From NCBI RefSeq assembly GCF_000020225.1, contig NC_010655.1:1020001-1052000 (forward strand): a stretch of DNA of 32,000 nucleotides, in the 5' to 3' direction. This document shows, piece by piece, positions 27,672 through 32,000 of this stretch; the first letter of the stretch is position 1; each line of letters opens with the position of its first letter. The DNA comes from Akkermansia muciniphila ATCC BAA-835. Its GTDB lineage: Bacteria > Verrucomicrobiota > Verrucomicrobiia > Verrucomicrobiales > Akkermansiaceae. A model generated the notes under the pieces. That model was not told the DNA's origin. It saw nothing but the letters and a program-made list of their open reading frames with translations, and searched no databases. Both the position numbers and the translations under genes were made by a program.

Positions 27672-29330
27672 TCAGGAGGGCTGCAGCAGGGCCTGGGCCA
27701 GCGTGCGTGCGTGGTCTCCGCCGCCGCCCAGCATGCGGACCAGTTCATCCACCCGTTCTTCATGGCTCACCTCCCGCAGGCAGGAGATGGTGCGGTTGCC
27801 CGCGGATGCTTTCTGAACCAGGTAATGATGGGAGGCCAGGGCCGCCACCTGCGGGAAGTGCGTGATGGAGATCACCTGGTGCCTGTTTCCGAGCTGCTGC
27901 ATCTTGAATCCCACAGCCCGCGCCACTTCTCCGCCCACGTTGGCGTCTATTTCGTCAAATACCAGCAGGGGGGTGGCATCCTTGTGGGCCAGGGCGCTTT
28001 TAATCGCCAGCATGATGCGCGCCAGTTCCCCGCTGGAGGCAATCAGACGGAGAGGCTTGGAGGGTTCTCCGGGATTGGGGCCAAACAGGAATTCCACCGT
28101 TTCCATTCCCTGTGAGCCCGGTTCCTGAAGGGGGGAGAGGCTCACTTCAAAGACGGCCTGGCGGAATCCCAGCTCCCGGGAGTGCCTGACGATGGAAGCC
28201 GCCAGCCTGGGCGCGGAGTCCTGGCGCGCTCTGGTCAGAGCCTGCCCGGCGGCGTCCATCTGCTTGCGCAGGGCGGCGATGGAGGCCCTCAGCTCTTCCA
28301 GGCGTTCCGTGCGGTGTTCAATGCGGTCCAGGCGGCTGGCCGCCTCCTCCCTCCGGGAACAGACGTCCTCAAAGGAGGGGCCGTATTTCATTTTCAGAGA
28401 TTCCAGCAGGTTGATGCGTTCCTCCAGCTGGAAAAGTTCCCGGGGGTCGCAGTCCAGTTCGGCGGAATAATCCGCCAGGCGTCCCTCAATTTCCTTGAGT
28501 TCCAAATTCACTCCCGCCAATGGAGCCAGCCACGCGGCGGTGGAGGCGTCCATGCGTTCCAGCTCATGGGCCGCCCGTGTCAATTCCCTCAATTGGGTCC
28601 CCAGGCCGGGCACATCCGTTTCCTCCAGCATGGAAAGCATTTTGGAGACCTGTTCCCGGAGCCGGGTGCCGTTGCGGGCGCGCTGCCAGCGTTCTTCCAG
28701 CGTGAGCACTTCTTCCGGAGTGAAGGCGGCGGAATCTATTTCATCCACCTGGTGGCGCAGCAGTTCTATTTCCCGTGCGGTGGCCGCTTCCGCATGTTCC
28801 AGGTCATCATAGGCCCGGCGCGCATCCTGCCATTGCCTCCAGGCGTCCGAATAGGAGTGCACCAGGGGAGCGTGCTCCCCGAAGGCGTCCAGCAGGGAAA
28901 GCTGCCTTTCCTGGGAGACCAGGGAGCGGTGGTCGCTGGGGCCATGCATGTCCACCAGGCAGGCTCCCGCTTCCCTCAGCAGATTCAGGGTGCACGGGCT
29001 GTCGTTCAGGAACTGGCGGTTGGCCGTGGAAGAGATGAGGCGCTTGATAATCAGGTTGCCGTCTTCGCAGGGCGGGACGCCATGCTCGTTCAGAATGGCG
29101 TGCACGGGGGAGGATTCCGGCAGATGGAACACAGCTTCCACGCTGCATTGCTGTTCCCCGGAGCGGATGAGCGTCTTGTCCGCCCGTTCTCCCAGCGCCA
29201 GGCGTATGGCTCCAATGATGACGGATTTCCCCGCCCCGGTTTCCCCCGTGATGCAGATGAATCCGGAACTGGGTTCCCAGAGCAGCTGGTCCACAAGGGC
29301 CAGGTTTTTAATTTTCAGCAATGTAAGCAT
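27672..29330 (-). CDS. recN: DNA repair protein RecN
   Basis: MLTLLKIKNLALVDQL.., Walker A GETGAGKS, long coiled-coil, signature ASGGELARIMLAIK, and Walker B LLVFDEID. Start set at 29330. Confidence 0.9.
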   Translation of the reverse strand: MLTLLKIKNLALVDQLLWEPSSGFICITGETGAGKSVIIGAIRLALGERADKTLIRSGEQQCSVEAVFHLPESSPVHAILNEHGVPPCEDGNLIIKRLISSTANRQFLNDSPCTLNLLREAGACLVDMHGPSDHRSLVSQERQLSLLDAFGEHAPLVHSYSDAWRQWQDARRAYDDLEHAEAATAREIELLRHQVDEIDSAAFTPEEVLTLEERWQRARNGTRLREQVSKMLSMLEETDVPGLGTQLRELTRAAHELERMDASTAAWLAPLAGVNLELKEIEGRLADYSAELDCDPRELFQLEERINLLESLKMKYGPSFEDVCSRREEAASRLDRIEHRTERLEELRASIAALRKQMDAAGQALTRARQDSAPRLAASIVRHSRELGFRQAVFEVSLSPLQEPGSQGMETVEFLFGPNPGEPSKPLRLIASSGELARIMLAIKSALAHKDATPLLVFDEIDANVGGEVARAVGFKMQQLGNRHQVISITHFPQVAALASHHYLVQKASAGNRTISCLREVSHEERVDELVRMLGGGGDHARTLAQALLQPS

Positions 29331-29352
29331 TCGGGCTTTGGATTTTGAATGC

Positions 29353-29380
29353 ATTATGGCATCATTTGCCCTAAACGCAA
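29353..29380 (-). promoter_or_regulatory. Candidate recN promoter TTGCGT-16-CATAAT
   Basis: Read on the minus strand: -35 at 29375-29380 and -10 at 29353-29358. This leaves a leader of about 16 nt. Confidence 0.35.
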
Positions 29381-29394
29381 TCATGACCTCTGTG

Positions 29395-30168
29395 ATGAAC
29401 ATTCTCTTTTTGGGCACAGGAACGTCCACCGGAGTGCCGCAGATAGGCTGCTCCTGCGCGGTCTGCACGTCCCCGGACCCCAGAAACAGGCGGTTGCGTT
29501 CTTCAATTTATGTGGAGGCCGCTGGCACCCGCCTCCTGCTGGATTCTTCCCCGGATTTGCGGCAGCAGGCCCTGCGGGAAAATATCACGGATGTGGATGC
29601 CGTTCTTTATACGCATGCCCATGTGGACCACGTGGGAGGTTTTGACGATTTGCGCGCCTTCTGCTGGCGCCGGTCCGGCGGCCTGCCCATGTATGCTTCT
29701 CCCATGACGGTGGACGCCCTGCGGACCATGTACGGCTGGGCGTTCGTTCCTAAACCGGGGCGGAGCGGGTACGTCAGGCCGGAGCCTCACGAGGTGACGG
29801 CTCCGTTCCGTGTGGGGAACATGCTGGCGACGCCCCTTCCGGTGCTCCATGCCGGGGTGGAGACATATGCCTATCTCCTGGAGGCGGGAGGCCGGAGCCT
29901 GGTTTACATGCCGGATGTGAAAAGCATCCCGGCCCCGTCCCTGGAGAGGATGAAAGGAGTGGATTTGCTGATTATTGACGGACTGCGTTATCATCTGCAC
30001 CCCACGCACATGTGCCTGGAGGAAACGTTGGCCGCCATTGCCGCCGTCCGGCCCCGCCGCGCCGTGCTGACCCACCTGTCCCATGATATGGATTACGGGA
30101 TTCTTTCCGGCAAGCTGCCGGAAAACGTCATGCCCGCGTATGACGGGCTGAGGCTGTCCCTGCCGTAA
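29395..30168 (+). CDS. MBL-fold metallo-hydrolase (PhnP/PqqB-like)
   Basis: MNILFLGTGTSTGVPQIGCSCAVC.. and the HAHVDHVGG motif. In-frame alternative starts lie at 29356 and 29383. The track's 28948 start is antisense to recN and is rejected. Confidence 0.75.
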   Translation: MNILFLGTGTSTGVPQIGCSCAVCTSPDPRNRRLRSSIYVEAAGTRLLLDSSPDLRQQALRENITDVDAVLYTHAHVDHVGGFDDLRAFCWRRSGGLPMYASPMTVDALRTMYGWAFVPKPGRSGYVRPEPHEVTAPFRVGNMLATPLPVLHAGVETYAYLLEAGGRSLVYMPDVKSIPAPSLERMKGVDLLIIDGLRYHLHPTHMCLEETLAAIAAVRPRRAVLTHLSHDMDYGILSGKLPENVMPAYDGLRLSLP

Positions 30169-30193
30169 TGCTCACGCTGCATGTTCTCAGGCC

Positions 30194-30991
30194 ATGACTA
30201 TTCCAGACAATTTTGACCGTCCCGGCGCGCGGATACCGTGCGAAACCAGAAACGTATTCGGCTTTTCCGTAGCCGTCAGTTCCGTGGAAGAGATGTCCGC
30301 TGCGCTGGCGGAACGCGCGCTGGAGGCGGAAGCTCCGTTTCTGGTGGCCGCGGCGGATGCCCATGTGGTAACCCTCGGCGTGCATGACCGGGATTACGGG
30401 AACGTGCTGGAACGGATGGACGTGATTTGCCCGGACGGTATGCCGGTAGTGTGGAGGCTGAACCGGAGGCTTTCTTCCGGGGGGGAAAGGGAAGCGTGCC
30501 GTGTGAGCGGGCCGGATTTGATGGAAGCGCTGGTGCGTTCGAATGTGCAGTATCCGGGCTTGCGCCATTTTTTGCTGGGCGGGGATGAGAAGCTGCTGGA
30601 AGCCCTGTCTGGGGCATTAAAGGAAAAATACCCCGGTTTTCAACTGGCCGGGGCGTATTCTCCTCCGTTCCGCCCTTGGACGGAGGAAGATCTGGAAAAC
30701 ATGCGGGAGGCGGTTGCTTCAAGCGGGGCCAATGTGGTATGGGTGGGGCTGGGCTGCCCGAAACAGGAGCGGTGGATGGCGGAGCAGAGGGAATTGCTGC
30801 CCCCCGCGGTTTATGTGGGCGTAGGGGCGGCGTTCGCTTTCCATGCCGGTACGGTGAAACGGGCTCCGCGATGGATGCAGAAGAACGGTCTGGAATGGTT
30901 GTACCGCATTTACCGGGAGCCGGGAAGACTGCTCAGGCGGTACGTGAAGCACAACAGCCTGTTCGTGTGGTACGTGCTGACGGGCAGATGA
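30194..30991 (+). CDS. WecB/TagA/CpsF-family (GT26) glycosyltransferase
   Basis: ..PDGMPVVW.., FLLGG, VGLGCPKQERWM, GVGAAFAFHAG, RAPRWMQKNGLEWLYRIYREP. Confidence 0.85.
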   Translation: MTIPDNFDRPGARIPCETRNVFGFSVAVSSVEEMSAALAERALEAEAPFLVAAADAHVVTLGVHDRDYGNVLERMDVICPDGMPVVWRLNRRLSSGGEREACRVSGPDLMEALVRSNVQYPGLRHFLLGGDEKLLEALSGALKEKYPGFQLAGAYSPPFRPWTEEDLENMREAVASSGANVVWVGLGCPKQERWMAEQRELLPPAVYVGVGAAFAFHAGTVKRAPRWMQKNGLEWLYRIYREPGRLLRRYVKHNSLFVWYVLTGR

Positions 30992-31142
30992 GGCCGTTTT
31001 TCCGGTGTGCGCCCCGGAGTTGAGCCGCGGCGGGTTATTTTATCCTTGTGCCGTTTTCGTGCGGCCCTATCATGATCCCGTTTGAACCTGGACGGAAGTG
31101 GAGGGCGCTCTTCCCTTCTTCGTCTTTAACCTTGTTTTTCTT

Positions 31143-31847
31143 ATGTTCTTTCGCCGTATTCCCCGGAAAAGCTGGTATGAAAAAACTGTGGAACGCGTTT
31201 TCAGGGACAGGAAGCTGTGCGTGGAAAAGCTGCTCTCCTTCGGTTTCGTTCGTGTGGAAAGCGGTTTTCTGCGCAGGGCGGCATTGCTGGACGGCCAGTT
31301 CTGCATGGAATTGGAAATACACGCGGACGGTTCTGTTCATGCAACGGTGCATGATGCGGACGGGAAGAATATCCGGCATGCTGACCCGGGAACGGAGGAC
31401 AGGTTGCGGACAAGAATGCTCCGCAGGGAATATGAGGAAGAACTGTGGCATGTGGCGGAATGCTGCTTTGAACCTGATTTTTTCAAGGCGGCTCCCGCCC
31501 GGAGCCTCATCGCGCACATCCGTAAAGCTTACGGGGAGGAACTGGAATTCCTGTGGAGGAAGTTTCCGGGGAACGCAGTGGTGCGGCGGAAGGATACGGA
31601 AAAATGGTACGCCGCTTTTCTGGCTGTGCCGCGCTTGAAGCTGGGGGGCAGTTCCAAGGAACGGGTGGAGGTTTTGAACCTGCGGGTTTGTCCCGGTGAG
31701 TCCGGGATTCTTGCGGATAATCGCAGCCGTTTTCCGGCCTACCATATGAATAAGAAAAACTGGGTGAGCTTCTGTCTGGATGGAACCGTTCCCTTTGAGG
31801 AACTGGCTGCGCGCCTGGAAACCAGCCGGAGGCTTGCCGGAAAGTGA
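31143..31847 (+). CDS. MmcQ/YjbR-family protein with an N-terminal extension domain
   Basis: The C-terminal half (..ELEFLWRKFPGNAVVRRKDTEKWYAAFLAV..FPAYHMNKKNWVSFCLDG..) is the YjbR/MmcQ fold. Start uncertain: 31098 or 31143. Confidence 0.7.
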   Translation: MFFRRIPRKSWYEKTVERVFRDRKLCVEKLLSFGFVRVESGFLRRAALLDGQFCMELEIHADGSVHATVHDADGKNIRHADPGTEDRLRTRMLRREYEEELWHVAECCFEPDFFKAAPARSLIAHIRKAYGEELEFLWRKFPGNAVVRRKDTEKWYAAFLAVPRLKLGGSSKERVEVLNLRVCPGESGILADNRSRFPAYHMNKKNWVSFCLDGTVPFEELAARLETSRRLAGK

Positions 31848-31916
31848 GCTCCTCCGGCGCGGGATGCCGGGAGAAACCGTCTTCCCGCCCCCGGATGGAC
31901 GGCCGGAAAGGGGGTC

Positions 31917-31945
31917 TTGACCCGGAAAGAGGCGGAGCCTACAGT
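31917..31945 (+). promoter_or_regulatory. Sigma70-like promoter TTGACC-17-TACAGT, with the -10 ending 6 nt before the ATG at 31952
   Basis: Hexamers and spacer read directly from the sequence. The predicted +1 coincides with the ATG. Confidence 0.4.
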
Positions 31946-31951
31946 AAGGGC

Positions 31952-32000
31952 ATGAACATAGAAGAAAAAGCTCTGTCCACCTTCCGCACGGCGCCCTGGC
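31952..32000 (+). CDS. 5' end of an unidentified ORF running off the window (MNIEEKALSTFRTAPW..)
   Basis: ATG immediately after the promoter above, with the frame open to the window end. Too short to identify. Confidence 0.3.
   Translation, partial: MNIEEKALSTFRTAPW

Noticed and set aside
28948-29394. N-terminal extension of the MBL-fold hydrolase ORF
   Set aside because: It is antisense to the recN 5' end (Walker A region). Homologues start right at MxxxFLGTGTS.

Overview
Moderately GC-rich bacterial chromosomal segment with about 24 protein genes, one cis-regulatory RNA and several intrinsic terminators. The gene content is GH36, GH20, GH16 and GH105/88-type glycosidases, rubrerythrin, an oxygen-sensitive class III ribonucleotide reductase, and start codons lacking Shine-Dalgarno sequences. 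This fits an Akkermansia-like (Verrucomicrobiota) mucosal anaerobe, but that is inference from gene content and cannot be verified without a database search. I saw no rRNA, tRNA, CRISPR array, transposase, integrase or recognisable defence or mobile island. The window reads as core housekeeping and carbohydrate metabolism, not an accessory region. The most unusual observation concerns the class III RNR gene nrdD (7307..9403, minus). It is cut off from its own glycyl-radical domain (64-aa ORF, 7061..7255) by one in-frame TAA plus a 17-codon stop-free spacer and a new ATG. This locus sits behind a clear adenosylcobalamin riboswitch (about 9555..9730). Lesser items: an EF-P whose functional loop reads K-C-P-P-R-M and is encoded across a C8 homopolymer; an M42 peptidase with a histone-H1-like Lys/Ala tail; a cNMP-domain histidine kinase with a REC-only regulator between two anion transporters; a PerR/Fur-like box at the rubrerythrin promoter; a long-spacer, MerR-style promoter candidate at copA; and several sigma70-like promoters so close to the ATG that the mRNAs would be leaderless. 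The many very long antisense ORFs in the track are codon-register shadow ORFs, not genes. All product calls rest on motif and family recognition by eye, and start codons are best guesses.
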